Shown here: positions 28,584 through 37,098 of the stretch, in pieces | Numbering within the stretch: the stretch's first letter is position 1 | Layout: the number at the start of each line of letters is the position of its first letter | Virus record (IMG/VR): IMGVR_UViG_3300030372_004501 | Span: 1-61,655 of that record | Strand: one strand, 5' to 3' | Length of the DNA: 61,655 nucleotides | DNA from: a virus | Lineage: Duplodnaviria > Caudoviricetes | Made by a program: the position numbers and the translations under genes | The notes under the pieces: generated by a model | Told to the model about the DNA's origin: nothing | Seen by the model: only the letters and a program-made list of their open reading frames with translations | Databases searched by the model: none

Positions 28584-28649
28584 CTAAGATAATACGCCTA
28601 CTACCCAAAGAGTTCCAAAAATTATATAAGCTATAGTTACTGGTTCCAT
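28584..28649 (-). CDS. 21-aa single-TM peptide
   Basis: MEPVTIAYIIFGTLWVVGVLS*; TAATG-coupled to upstream gene. Confidence 0.5.
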   Translation of the reverse strand: MEPVTIAYIIFGTLWVVGVLS

Positions 28650-28954
28650 TAGTCCCACTTAGCCTTTGCACGTAGTGACCATCTTTCAAATGCTTCTGCA
28701 TCTATATCTTTTTTAACTAATGTAGCACCAGCTGGTACTTCATTATATAATGCAATTACTTCACCGTTTTCTATATGAACAATACCAGGACCACAAAAAG
28801 CATCTTTATCGTATCCCGTATTTTTTTTCTTCATTAGTCTTACTTCTTTCATACAAGAAGATAATGACTTCATAGGAATATATTGTGTCATTTGAGTATT
28901 TTGGTCATTCATGTTCCCGAAAACGAACATAAGTATCACGCTAATGACTTCCAT
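28649..28954 (-). CDS. Exported small protein with Cys pair
   Basis: Hydrophobic N-terminus; SCMK...AFCG. Confidence 0.6.
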   Translation of the reverse strand: MEVISVILMFVFGNMNDQNTQMTQYIPMKSLSSCMKEVRLMKKKNTGYDKDAFCGPGIVHIENGEVIALYNEVPAGATLVKKDIDAEAFERWSLRAKAKWD

Positions 28955-29333
28955 TTTGCCTCACTTTGTCCTCGAGCTTTTCTGTATCCAAAATTAATTT
29001 TTCGATATCTTGTTGAGCTCTTTTTATATTTACGGTATTACTCATCATACCCTCCATTTCTTCTTGCATAGCTTCAATTTGTGTAGCCATAAATTCAATT
29101 AACATGTCCTGTTGAGCATCCGCGGGCAGGGACCCCATTTCGCCTCTAGGCCATTTAATTCTAAATTCTGTATTTTTATCAACGTCAGAGATCATTAGTT
29201 TACCATTTGTCTCGATATTATTTAGGCGCTCAATAATCCCAAAATAGCTATAGACGCCAATCCCAACGGCCGCGAGAATACTAAGAAGGTTTCTCATAGG
29301 CATGCTGATCGCTGTATTATCGCTTACTTTCAT
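28941..29333 (-). CDS. Membrane-anchored coiled-coil protein
   Basis: MPMRNLLSILAAVGIGVYSYFGI TM helix; C-terminal coiled coil. Confidence 0.7.
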   Translation of the reverse strand: MKVSDNTAISMPMRNLLSILAAVGIGVYSYFGIIERLNNIETNGKLMISDVDKNTEFRIKWPRGEMGSLPADAQQDMLIEFMATQIEAMQEEMEGMMSNTVNIKRAQQDIEKLILDTEKLEDKVRQNGSH

Positions 29334-29334
29334 A

Positions 29335-29877
29335 CTATCCTCCTAAAGGATTTTCTAATGCTCTTTTAATCCTTTTATCTATTTTTTCTTCTAGCTCTTT
29401 TTGTGCTAGTTTTATTCTTTCCTCTAATTTTTTCATGTCTGCTTCAAGTGTATCAATAGTATCTTTAAGATCTTTTGCATTGTCTCTAGAATCTTCTTTT
29501 ACTTGTTGCTCAACATCATTAACAATTGACTCTACTCTGCGCACATCTTGACGTAGATCATTCTTAAGTTCATTGGCTACATCAGATACTAGTCTTATTT
29601 CTTGCATCATCATTTCCATTTCACCCATTAACATTTCAATTTCTGTTTGTAAAAGTTCTGTCTTACTAGACATTTCTTCTTTTGTTAGCGCAATGTTCTT
29701 ATCAAATTCAGATAGATCTGGAGCTACATAGTTCTGTATCTGTTCTTTCATGTTAAGGTAGTCTTTATAAAATTCAAAACCGCCCCACAATGCACCACCA
29801 GCTGTGGTTAAAGCCGTAAGTATGACAAAGATTTTGCCACCTCTAAATTTGATACCACCTACTTCTACTTCTGCCAT
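29335..29877 (-). CDS. Membrane-anchored long coiled-coil protein
   Basis: N-terminal TM (IFVILTALTTAGGALWGGF) then ~130 aa heptads ending ALENPL. Confidence 0.7.
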   Translation of the reverse strand: MAEVEVGGIKFRGGKIFVILTALTTAGGALWGGFEFYKDYLNMKEQIQNYVAPDLSEFDKNIALTKEEMSSKTELLQTEIEMLMGEMEMMMQEIRLVSDVANELKNDLRQDVRRVESIVNDVEQQVKEDSRDNAKDLKDTIDTLEADMKKLEERIKLAQKELEEKIDKRIKRALENPLGG

Positions 29878-31607
29878 TGAGAATCCACCATGTCATTCAT
29901 TAATCCATCGCTGCCTGCAAATAACAAATAAGCTGCAATGTTATTATCTGATATGGTTGTATCAGGTAATGTTATATCTGTAAAGAACCCAGCACGGTCA
30001 TTCAATGCCTGCTGGGTTTCAAAAAATGTCTTTGTATTACCAAGGACTTGCATAACTATAAGAGTTTTTGTTTGATTTGCTGAGTCATATTTACCCTTAT
30101 CTCCCATTTTTTTAACAATTTTTTTAGCAGCTTTTTCTTTTTGCTGTTGTTTTTTAATGGGTTTTTCTACAGGCTTCTCTTTGTCTTCAGCCTTATCTTC
30201 TGATTCATCCATATCGTCTTCGCTTCCTTCATCCTCAGAAGTCTCTGATGGGCTTTCTTCAGCTTCTGGCTCCTCTGCCACATTTTCATTAGATTCTTCT
30301 GTAGGTTCTTCAACAGGTTCATCATTTGTTTCCTCCATTTCAGGTTCAGCTTCTGGTTCAGGCTCAGTCATAGATTCTTCCATTTCTGGTTCTGTTTCAG
30401 TTGCTGTTTCAGGTTCCATCTCCGGTTCTGGCATATCCATCTCCGGTTCCGGCATGTCCATATCTAATTCTGCCACTTCCATTTCTGGTTCTGGCATATC
30501 CATATCTGGCATGTCAATATCCATTTCCATCTCTAATTCCATTTCTAATTCTATTTCCATACTAGCCATATCCATTTCCATTTCAGGCATGTCTATGTCA
30601 AAATCCATTTCGAAGTCCATTTCAAAATCCATTTCGAAGTCCATTTCCATTTCATATTCAACAGTTTCATATGACATTTCCATATCTGGTTCTTCAAATT
30701 CTGGTTCAAAATACATATCATCACCTGGTGCTTCTACAACATCATTGTGTTCAAATATATTTTCAACAATATCAATTACTTCAGTCTCTGTACTACCACC
30801 GTATGCTACCCACATTTCAACACTAAGTATATGTTCTGTAACTATTGTAGAAATTACATTGTAAAGTACGTTTATTTGTACATCATCAAAAAGCGGTCCA
30901 ATTGCGAGAGACACATCCCTTCCACCTACCTCTACAATTAATTTTGTAATTGTCCCCGCGAAATCAAATCCGCCTGTGTATTCTTGATAACCACTGGTTA
31001 CACCAGATTCAGATAAGATGTCAGTGCCTTGAAATATATTTGTATTACCATTACGTCCTGTAATATGCATATAAATACGATCTTGAGGATCTCTTTTATC
31101 AACTTTTATAGAATAATTAGTTCTACCACCATTTTCTATGTCGAGTTCTGATATATCAATGGTGTTAATAAATGTTGTACCCATTCCAGATACACCCATT
31201 GTTGATGTTGAATTACCACTACCTGTTATTTGTGCACATTTATCTGCTCCAAGATTGTAGCAGCTGTTGCCTGAGGGCATTGATGCGGGGCCCTGGCCTC
31301 CCCAGTCTATATCCATATCACCTTCATATTTAGATGATACATAATCATTATCACCATCAAGTATATCACCTGAGTCAGGATTTGTTGTAGTTATTGTTGT
31401 GGTTGTAGTTGTAGTTTCTGTTGTGACTGTATAGCCATCAGCCTCATATTCAATTGTTTCTACTTCATCTATGACAATTGTTTCTTCAACACCTGGAGTA
31501 CATAAACCGGTTGAAGTAACAGGACATTCTGCCCTAAGGGAAGAAGGCCACAATGCCAGAGTGCATAGCCATACCAGCAATAATAAACTTGAAAAGTTTT
31601 TGTCCAT
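29865..31607 (-). CDS. Secreted acidic protein with Met/Glu/Asp/Pro low-complexity repeats
   Basis: Signal-like N-terminus; (EMDF)n and (DMPEPEM)n repeats; four Cys in the mature N-terminal domain. Confidence 0.75.
   Translation of the reverse strand: MDKNFSSLLLLVWLCTLALWPSSLRAECPVTSTGLCTPGVEETIVIDEVETIEYEADGYTVTTETTTTTTTITTTNPDSGDILDGDNDYVSSKYEGDMDIDWGGQGPASMPSGNSCYNLGADKCAQITGSGNSTSTMGVSGMGTTFINTIDISELDIENGGRTNYSIKVDKRDPQDRIYMHITGRNGNTNIFQGTDILSESGVTSGYQEYTGGFDFAGTITKLIVEVGGRDVSLAIGPLFDDVQINVLYNVISTIVTEHILSVEMWVAYGGSTETEVIDIVENIFEHNDVVEAPGDDMYFEPEFEEPDMEMSYETVEYEMEMDFEMDFEMDFEMDFDIDMPEMEMDMASMEIELEMELEMEMDIDMPDMDMPEPEMEVAELDMDMPEPEMDMPEPEMEPETATETEPEMEESMTEPEPEAEPEMEETNDEPVEEPTEESNENVAEEPEAEESPSETSEDEGSEDDMDESEDKAEDKEKPVEKPIKKQQQKEKAAKKIVKKMGDKGKYDSANQTKTLIVMQVLGNTKTFFETQQALNDRAGFFTDITLPDTTISDNNIAAYLLFAGSDGLMNDMVDSQWQK
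30360..30700. repeat. Coding low-complexity tandem repeats (EMDF x4, MDMPEPE units)
   Basis: Plus strand shows repeated TCCATTTC(G/A)AA and TCCATCTCCGGTTC units. Confidence 0.8.
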
Positions 31608-32109
31608 CCGTTAGTCCAGTTGTTTGTTTTTCTTTTTGTTCAATTTCTATTTTTTTATACACTAATGATCCTTTAGGAACCATGTCAGGGTTTTCTTCCC
31701 ATCCTTTTCGTGCGTCTTCTCCTATAGCACCCATGTAAGGACAGTATGTCCCTGCCATATGCATGGCATCAAAAACGCGAGGATCAGCACAAAGTGTTGA
31801 TACCGCAGCAACTTTCATGCCCATAGAATAAAGAGATCTAGATAATTTTATACGTTCACAATTTTCATCAGTGATTGTGATTCCCGACGCAATTCCCAAA
31901 ACCTGGGTTTGTACGGCGGTTGACGCTGCAGTCTTACATATATCTGAGTTATTAACCACTACTGATGGTGCATTTGCGGTAGGTACAGATTTATCCGTTA
32001 CAACCGTCGAAGACACAGTGTTCGTATCAGCAGCAAATAAAGGTTTAGTCCACGTACAAATTAATATTAAAATAATTGATATTATTATTATTTTTAACCA
32101 AAATTTCAT
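31534..32109 (-). CDS. Exported Cys-containing protein with C-terminal TM
   Basis: Signal peptide; DICK, ENCERIK, TLC, TYCPY; hydrophobic C-terminus. Confidence 0.7.
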   Translation of the reverse strand: MKFWLKIIIISIILILICTWTKPLFAADTNTVSSTVVTDKSVPTANAPSVVVNNSDICKTAASTAVQTQVLGIASGITITDENCERIKLSRSLYSMGMKVAAVSTLCADPRVFDAMHMAGTYCPYMGAIGEDARKGWEENPDMVPKGSLVYKKIEIEQKEKQTTGLTDGQKLFKFIIAGMAMHSGIVAFFP

Positions 32110-32340
32110 TTATGCACCTGTTTTATTTAACCCTTTTATAGGAAAAGCTTCAAAGGGTAAACAAAAAGCATCTGTGACGATAGTATTCTTGTATTGTTGG
32201 GGTTTAGCTTCGTAATAATTTAAGTAATCAGTCACTGATTTCATACATTCTTCTTCTGTATTGTATAGTAATGCATTATATTTCACTGACGGCATGTTTG
32301 GTGAAGATATTAACATTAGCATAAGCCATATAGTTTTCAT
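32110..32340 (-). CDS. Exported small protein with Cys pair
   Basis: MKTIWLMLMLIS; EECM...AFCLP. Confidence 0.6.
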   Translation of the reverse strand: MKTIWLMLMLISSPNMPSVKYNALLYNTEEECMKSVTDYLNYYEAKPQQYKNTIVTDAFCLPFEAFPIKGLNKTGA

Positions 32341-32978
32341 TTTTGTTCCTTGAGATCGTAGAAATAATTAGTGTCATCTCCTGCGGTCCATTTAGTTTTG
32401 TTTTCGACCGAATAATACTCTGTTGATACTTTAAAGTCTGGTTGTAATGTTTCTGCAGGGGTTAAAGATTTATCGTAGAATAATACTCTATTATTAGGTT
32501 GAGCAGCATAATGCCCATTGTCTAATTCTAGTATATTAAACGATTTGTGCTCCTCTGGGACCTCTGAATAAGATGTATTTAAGGTATTACTGTCCGCATG
32601 GCAGTTATCAATCGTAAATAAGTATTCACCATAATACCATTTCTTTGATGGTGCAAGATATTTACAACGTACACCAGCAAGTGATTTTTTTTCTATTACA
32701 GTTAAATTATATGAGAATGCATCCCACAGTTCTAGTTCTTCTAGTTCGAGATTAAGCTTAATATTAGGAGAATTAACAAAAGCACTAATAGGGAGCTTAT
32801 CGTATAAAGCACCATATTCCGGCAAATACGTTTCAAAGTAAAGTGCTCTACCTTCAATTGACTTAACAGATATCCAAACACCTTCTACAAGTTCTCCCTG
32901 TCCTTTTTCATGATCATATAAATATTCCTTCTTAACATATACCTTTAACGGTGGTAGGTTAGCTACCAGGAACGACAT
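32337..32978 (-). CDS. Conserved hypothetical phage protein
   Basis: YVKKEYLYD, YDKLPISAF, LELWDAFSY, EHKS, AAQPNNR pattern seen in marine phage proteins of unknown function. Confidence 0.75.
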   Translation of the reverse strand: MSFLVANLPPLKVYVKKEYLYDHEKGQGELVEGVWISVKSIEGRALYFETYLPEYGALYDKLPISAFVNSPNIKLNLELEELELWDAFSYNLTVIEKKSLAGVRCKYLAPSKKWYYGEYLFTIDNCHADSNTLNTSYSEVPEEHKSFNILELDNGHYAAQPNNRVLFYDKSLTPAETLQPDFKVSTEYYSVENKTKWTAGDDTNYFYDLKEQK

Positions 32979-33142
32979 TATTTTTTCTTTTTAAAATCTT
33001 TACTCAACATTTTGTTGATAGCAGATTTAGAATAGCTCTGCTTAGCTAATGTAGGATGTTTTTTTAGTATATCCCATTCTTTACCTTGTTTTATTTTTTT
33101 TGCTATGCCTTTTCCACGCTTAGCTATTCCAAAGATACCCAT
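32978..33142 (-). CDS. Lys-rich 54-aa protein
   Basis: MGIFGIAKRGKGIAKK...DFKKKK*; TAATG-coupled at both ends (not in ORF track). Confidence 0.7.
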   Translation of the reverse strand: MGIFGIAKRGKGIAKKIKQGKEWDILKKHPTLAKQSYSKSAINKMLSKDFKKKK

Positions 33143-33570
33143 TATTTTTTCTTTTTCTTTTTAGGTTTTGTCTTTATACCGCTTGCATCTAGTATTGTTA
33201 TTTCCGGTCTTTCTTTTGATAATTTTATTTTGCGTCTATATATTGCTGCTGCATCTGATTCTTTATGGGGGTTTTTTTTAATACTTCCACCGACAGCTTT
33301 TTTAGGTTTTACGTATGAACCATCAGGATTAATTCGTCCAACCCATTTCTTTCCTGCACCAACAGGAGTCATAGGAGCTGGTGTCATTAATCTTTTTTGA
33401 ATAGCAGCTTTACTTTCTTTAATTAATCTTTTTGCTTTTTTTATTGTTTGATCGCGATCTACTTTTTGTGATGCTTTTTTAAATGTTTCTAATCTTTTTT
33501 TAGGATCAACTCCTTTTTTAGATTTTTTTAATAAACCAAATCCACGTTTAGCTGCTCCAAATATACCCAT
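33142..33570 (-). CDS. Lys-rich basic protein
   Basis: MGIFGAAKRGFG N-terminus; KAVGGSI motif; GGAG RBS. Confidence 0.7.
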   Translation of the reverse strand: MGIFGAAKRGFGLLKKSKKGVDPKKRLETFKKASQKVDRDQTIKKAKRLIKESKAAIQKRLMTPAPMTPVGAGKKWVGRINPDGSYVKPKKAVGGSIKKNPHKESDAAAIYRRKIKLSKERPEITILDASGIKTKPKKKKKK

Positions 33571-33579
33571 GATAATCTC

Positions 33580-33852
33580 CTATTTTAATTTGTAAGATTT
33601 AGGTCCACCCATTTGTTTTCTTCTTTTAACAAAATCAGAAACTTGTTTTTTCCTAGTTTTAGGTCCAGGTGTTCCTCTTGGTACTGGGTTATTTTTTAAC
33701 CAGTTTCTAAACCAATTAGGTATTGCTTCTTTTGTACCAGCTAGATCTCTTGCACCAGCTAAAGTTTTTCTTCTTGTTAAGAATTTAGAAGTTTCTTGAG
33801 CTTTCTTTGCTTTTTTTAATGCTTTTCCAGCTTTTTTTAATATTCCAACCAT
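33580..33852 (-). CDS. Lys-rich basic protein
   Basis: Amphipathic MVGILKKAGKALKKAKK; KQMGGP near C-terminus. Confidence 0.7.
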   Translation of the reverse strand: MVGILKKAGKALKKAKKAQETSKFLTRRKTLAGARDLAGTKEAIPNWFRNWLKNNPVPRGTPGPKTRKKQVSDFVKRRKQMGGPKSYKLK

Positions 33853-33853
33853 T

Positions 33854-33940
33854 TTATTTCCCCCTGAAATATGTTTTTTCAGGATGGTATATTAACCATT
33901 TCTTTATTCTTGTCCATATAATTCTTATTCGTTGTGTCAT
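33854..33940 (-). CDS. 28-aa peptide
   Basis: MTQRIRIIWTRIKKWLIYHPEKTYFRGK*; AAGG RBS; first ORF of minus operon. Confidence 0.5.
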   Translation of the reverse strand: MTQRIRIIWTRIKKWLIYHPEKTYFRGK

Positions 33941-33948
33941 GTAGCCTT

Positions 33949-33987
33949 AAAACGGGACCTCCCTGCAACGAATGTGCAGGAAAGTCC
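33949..33987 (-). terminator. Intrinsic terminator-like/attenuator hairpin in leader of minus-strand operon
   Basis: Minus strand GGACTTTCCTGCA-CATTCGT-TGCAGGGAGGTCC (13 bp incl. G-U) followed by CGTTTT. Confidence 0.55.
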
Positions 33988-34028
33988 ACCGAGATGAAAT
34001 GAAGTTGAGAACTTTATATGTACAGGAT

Positions 34029-34511
34029 GTTCTCGTTTTGTGCAAGAAAAAAATGCTTGACAGACTTATCCACAATTTAATGTTAAATAAATGTTCATAT
34101 TGACAAGATTTTTGATAAAAAACCTTCAAAAAAGTACACATATAGGTATGAAAAGATATTTTGCACTATCTCACCTTAAATTTATATAACATAGTATAAC
34201 CAATTAACCAGGAGTTAAATATGCCTAGAATTAGAAGTAAGAAAAAAGAAAAATTATCCCTTGAGGTTTATAAATTATCAACCGAGCTTATTCATACAGA
34301 ATCAGTCCAGAGCATGACCGATGCAATGCACACTGTTTATTGCTGGGGACTAGCTAATGCCCCTATTCATAAATTAAGGGCTTGGAAGAAGGAATTTAAA
34401 AAAGATATTAAAGATTATGAAGAAATGCTAGCAAGACCTGATGATTGTGAATAACCTGTGGATAACTTTATATAATTTGTCCTTGTTTTGTTCATAATGA
34501 TATGGTATAAT
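34029..34511. promoter_or_regulatory. Divergent control region with DnaA boxes, SOS-like boxes and sigma70 promoters
   Basis: TTATCCACA 34066; TGTGAATAA 34446 and TGTGGATAA 34457; GTTC-N7-GTTC-like boxes at 34029, 34082, 34479; TTGTTT(34483)-N17-TATAAT(34506). Confidence 0.65.
34221..34454 (+). CDS. Hypothetical protein
   Basis: AGGAG RBS; first plus-strand gene after divergence point. Confidence 0.6.
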   Translation: MPRIRSKKKEKLSLEVYKLSTELIHTESVQSMTDAMHTVYCWGLANAPIHKLRAWKKEFKKDIKDYEEMLARPDDCE

Positions 34512-34516
34512 ACGTG

Positions 34517-34708
34517 TAAATGAGGATGGTGCAACATTCTCGGAGTATGGCTGAACAACTGTAACAAAGTAGTAAGGCACACTTAAAGGGAAGTACGGAC
34601 ATGTGTCTGAGGTAACTGAGGGTGGTACTGAAGTACTAGTTAACATTTAGGAAATGTTGATTTGTCGGGAAAAGGTTGGGGGTAGTCAAAGAATCCCCCT
34701 ACTCACTT
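34517..34708 (+). ncRNA. Candidate multi-stem structured ncRNA (~190 nt)
   Basis: Starts just after strong promoter; at least six helices, long-range closing stem GAGTA/TACTC, possible pseudoknot TGGCT/AGTCA; no ORF. Confidence 0.6.
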
Positions 34709-34720
34709 AATGAGATTGAG

Positions 34721-34981
34721 ATGATAGAGAAATTATTAGATATGTTAAGTATTAAAAGATTTGAAGAGTGGATTAATAAATCCAAGAAAGGCGATAAGGT
34801 TACTTATTACCGTGGGTATATTATGGCACCACATTTACAGAAATTTTCACCAACCACAGATGATAGACGAGTTAATAGTTTAAAAAAGCGTATACAACGT
34901 GCATATGACCATAATTTTATTACACTTGTACAAAAAAGACACGGCGATTTGGACTATGAATACATAGCAGTGAGAGTATAA
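34721..34981 (+). CDS. Hypothetical protein
   Basis: ATG at 34721 (or 34742) in frame with listed ORF; YYRG...YEYIAVR. Confidence 0.6.
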   Translation: MIEKLLDMLSIKRFEEWINKSKKGDKVTYYRGYIMAPHLQKFSPTTDDRRVNSLKKRIQRAYDHNFITLVQKRHGDLDYEYIAVRV

Positions 34982-35079
34982 TGTGGGGCATGTTTTGGTT
35001 TTCTATGCTTCCAATAAAAATTGCTTTGGTATGTCTAGTGGCATATTACATTTATAGCTGGTTAATAGGATTACTATGA
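34981..35079 (+). CDS. 32-aa membrane peptide
   Basis: MWGMFWFSMLPIKIALVCLVAYYIYSWLIGLL*; coupled to both neighbours. Confidence 0.6.
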   Translation: MWGMFWFSMLPIKIALVCLVAYYIYSWLIGLL

Positions 35080-35585
35080 GTAAATTTGATAATTATATAA
35101 TGGAGCATTATGAAAGCCAGGAGGAAAGTATGGCAGATACACCAGAGGAAAAGAAATATATAGCCGAGCGTGATAAGTTAAGAAAAGAAGAACCACGTAA
35201 GTGGGACCACATACAAAAAGAACGTGATAAAATACGCGAGAAGAAAGCGTCCCAGGCCCTTGCAGATCAAGAAGCAATAAAAGATTTAGACTATAGCCCA
35301 CCAACAGTAACATTTGAACAACCACCAGAAGGCACAGAAATAGGTGGCATGAAGTCATTTCATGTTGAGAAAGGTGAAGAAAAGAACACATATGAGATTA
35401 CAACTAAGCGTGAGATAACATTTCAATATTTAATTCGTGCTAAGAATGAAGAAGATGCAATGATACGTACACTTGGTTTTGTCAGTAAAGATGGTAGTGG
35501 GCAGCGTGAAGATGTTAAGCGTCCTATGTATTCATCAAGACCTTTTATACGTGAATGGATTGATAAAATAAAGAAGGTTGGATGA
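35076..35585 (+). CDS. Hypothetical protein
   Basis: ATGA-coupled ORF in early operon. Confidence 0.65.
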   Translation: MSKFDNYIMEHYESQEESMADTPEEKKYIAERDKLRKEEPRKWDHIQKERDKIREKKASQALADQEAIKDLDYSPPTVTFEQPPEGTEIGGMKSFHVEKGEEKNTYEITTKREITFQYLIRAKNEEDAMIRTLGFVSKDGSGQREDVKRPMYSSRPFIREWIDKIKKVG

Positions 35586-36229
35586 GCGAAAATTTAGAAT
35601 TAAAATATGATATATATCAACCATTTGGGCCGAGTATATTAAAAACTACATTGCCACAAGGATTTGTTAATCTATTGAACATTGAAGCTGATCGTATATT
35701 ACATGATGAGAAATTAAGTAAGGAACATGATTGGTCACATAATCTTGCAGGTAATGTTAAAAAAGAAGTTGCAATTGATCAGAATAAAATTCCAAATTTC
35801 CCAGAGTTTATGATTACAATGGCAAAGGCATATTATAAACATACTATTAATGCAGAGCCAGTAGAAGGAAGTAAAGTTGGTTTTCGTGTGTGGGTAGTAT
35901 CACAATACGCAGGTGATTTTAATCCAATGCACATTCATGATGCTAATTTATCTGGTGTTGCATTTTTAAAAATACCACCAGGATTTGATAAAGAATATGA
36001 AAAAGAGGACCATCATCCAACAGCTGGATGTTTAGAGTTTCTTGGTTCAATGCCCAACCATTTTGCAAGACATAGTTATATTGCAAAACCAAAAATTGGA
36101 GATTTTTATTTGTTTCCTTCATGGCTTACACACCAGGTGTATCCATTTAGGTCAGAAGGTGAGCGACGTTCGCTTGCATTTAATATACACTTTACAATGG
36201 ATAAGCCAATAAAAGGTGTAAACGTCTAG
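35582..36229 (+). CDS. 2OG-Fe(II) oxygenase-like protein
   Basis: FNPMHIH..LSG, GDFYLFPSWLTH.VYPF, ERRSLAFN. Confidence 0.85.
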   Translation: MSENLELKYDIYQPFGPSILKTTLPQGFVNLLNIEADRILHDEKLSKEHDWSHNLAGNVKKEVAIDQNKIPNFPEFMITMAKAYYKHTINAEPVEGSKVGFRVWVVSQYAGDFNPMHIHDANLSGVAFLKIPPGFDKEYEKEDHHPTAGCLEFLGSMPNHFARHSYIAKPKIGDFYLFPSWLTHQVYPFRSEGERRSLAFNIHFTMDKPIKGVNV

Positions 36230-36239
36230 GAGAAATAGA

Positions 36240-36353
36240 ATGAAGATAGAAGTTATAAGTAAAGATGCTGTTTATATTACTATAAATGGAACTGTTTATT
36301 ACATTGATGATTCAACTGGTGAAAGATTGATGAAAAAATGGAAGGAGAAGTAG
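36240..36353 (+). CDS. 37-aa hypothetical protein
   Basis: MKIEVISKDAVYITINGTVYYIDDSTGE...; AGGAG RBS (not in ORF track). Confidence 0.6.
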   Translation: MKIEVISKDAVYITINGTVYYIDDSTGERLMKKWKEK

Positions 36354-36354
36354 A

Positions 36355-37098
36355 ATGACTAAAGAAATAAGAAAAACTAAAAATTATGATCAATTCATTT
36401 TTATGGATGATAATAGAAAAATTAATCCTACCAAAGTGGAAAGATTAAAAAAATCAATGGCAAAGAGTGGATTTATTCCAGTGCCAATTGTTGTCAACAA
36501 TAGAAATGAAGTTATTGATGGGCAACATCGTTTGGAAGCAGCTAAAAGTTTAAATTTAGCATTACATTATTTTTCAGCAGGAGGAATGGGCATTGAAGAG
36601 ACGCGTGTTCTCAATCAAAATGGCACACCATGGAAAAACAAGGAACATCTTCACACCTACATGGTGAGAGAAGAAAAGGAATATCCTAATTCTTATTGGG
36701 ATCAACCCTATCATCAGTTTTTTCACATTCAAAAAACGTACAAGCTTCACTTTCAAATTATACTTACATTAATTGGAATACATGATTTTACCGTTGGAGG
36801 TGAACTTTTTAAAGAAGGAAGATTAAAGATAAATAATTTTTCTAAACTTGAAAAAGACGCAAAATATCTTCATTCGATGAAAGATTATCATGAGTGGTGG
36901 AGAAATCGTCCTTTTATGGCAGCTATGTGTGTTGTTATGTCACAACGTGCTTTTAATCGCGATAGATGGATTAGAAAAGTATCCCTTAACCGCGCAAAAT
37001 TATATCGTTGCACTAATAAGACTGATTATATAGGACGCATAGAGTGGGTTTATAACTGGAACGATCGCAACAAAGTTACTTTTAAGAGAACAACATGA
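36355..37098 (+). CDS. ParB/Srx-like N-terminal domain protein
   Basis: NR.I....VERLKKSM...PIVVN...VIDGQHRLEAAK. Confidence 0.8.
   Translation: MTKEIRKTKNYDQFIFMDDNRKINPTKVERLKKSMAKSGFIPVPIVVNNRNEVIDGQHRLEAAKSLNLALHYFSAGGMGIEETRVLNQNGTPWKNKEHLHTYMVREEKEYPNSYWDQPYHQFFHIQKTYKLHFQIILTLIGIHDFTVGGELFKEGRLKINNFSKLEKDAKYLHSMKDYHEWWRNRPFMAAMCVVMSQRAFNRDRWIRKVSLNRAKLYRCTNKTDYIGRIEWVYNWNDRNKVTFKRTT

Noticed and set aside
30157-30864. 235-aa Ser/Ile-rich plus-strand ORF
   Set aside because: Antisense shadow of the Met/Glu/Asp repeat region of 29865..31607
33976-33990. CAGGAAAGTCC resembling the RNase P RNA conserved GAGGAAAGUCC
   Set aside because: No partner P4 sequence seen; the bases are explained by a minus-strand hairpin
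34517-34708. Group I intron, hammerhead or twister identity for the structured RNA
   Set aside because: TAGTC and CTGA fragments exist but the full P/Q/R/S, CUGANGA-GAAA or twister cores are not present, and no gene is interrupted
36355-37098. Calling the DGQHR protein DndB and the locus a dnd system
   Set aside because: DGQHR is generic to ParB/Srx-like domains; no DndA/D/E homologues seen and the gene is ~9 kb from the PP-loop gene
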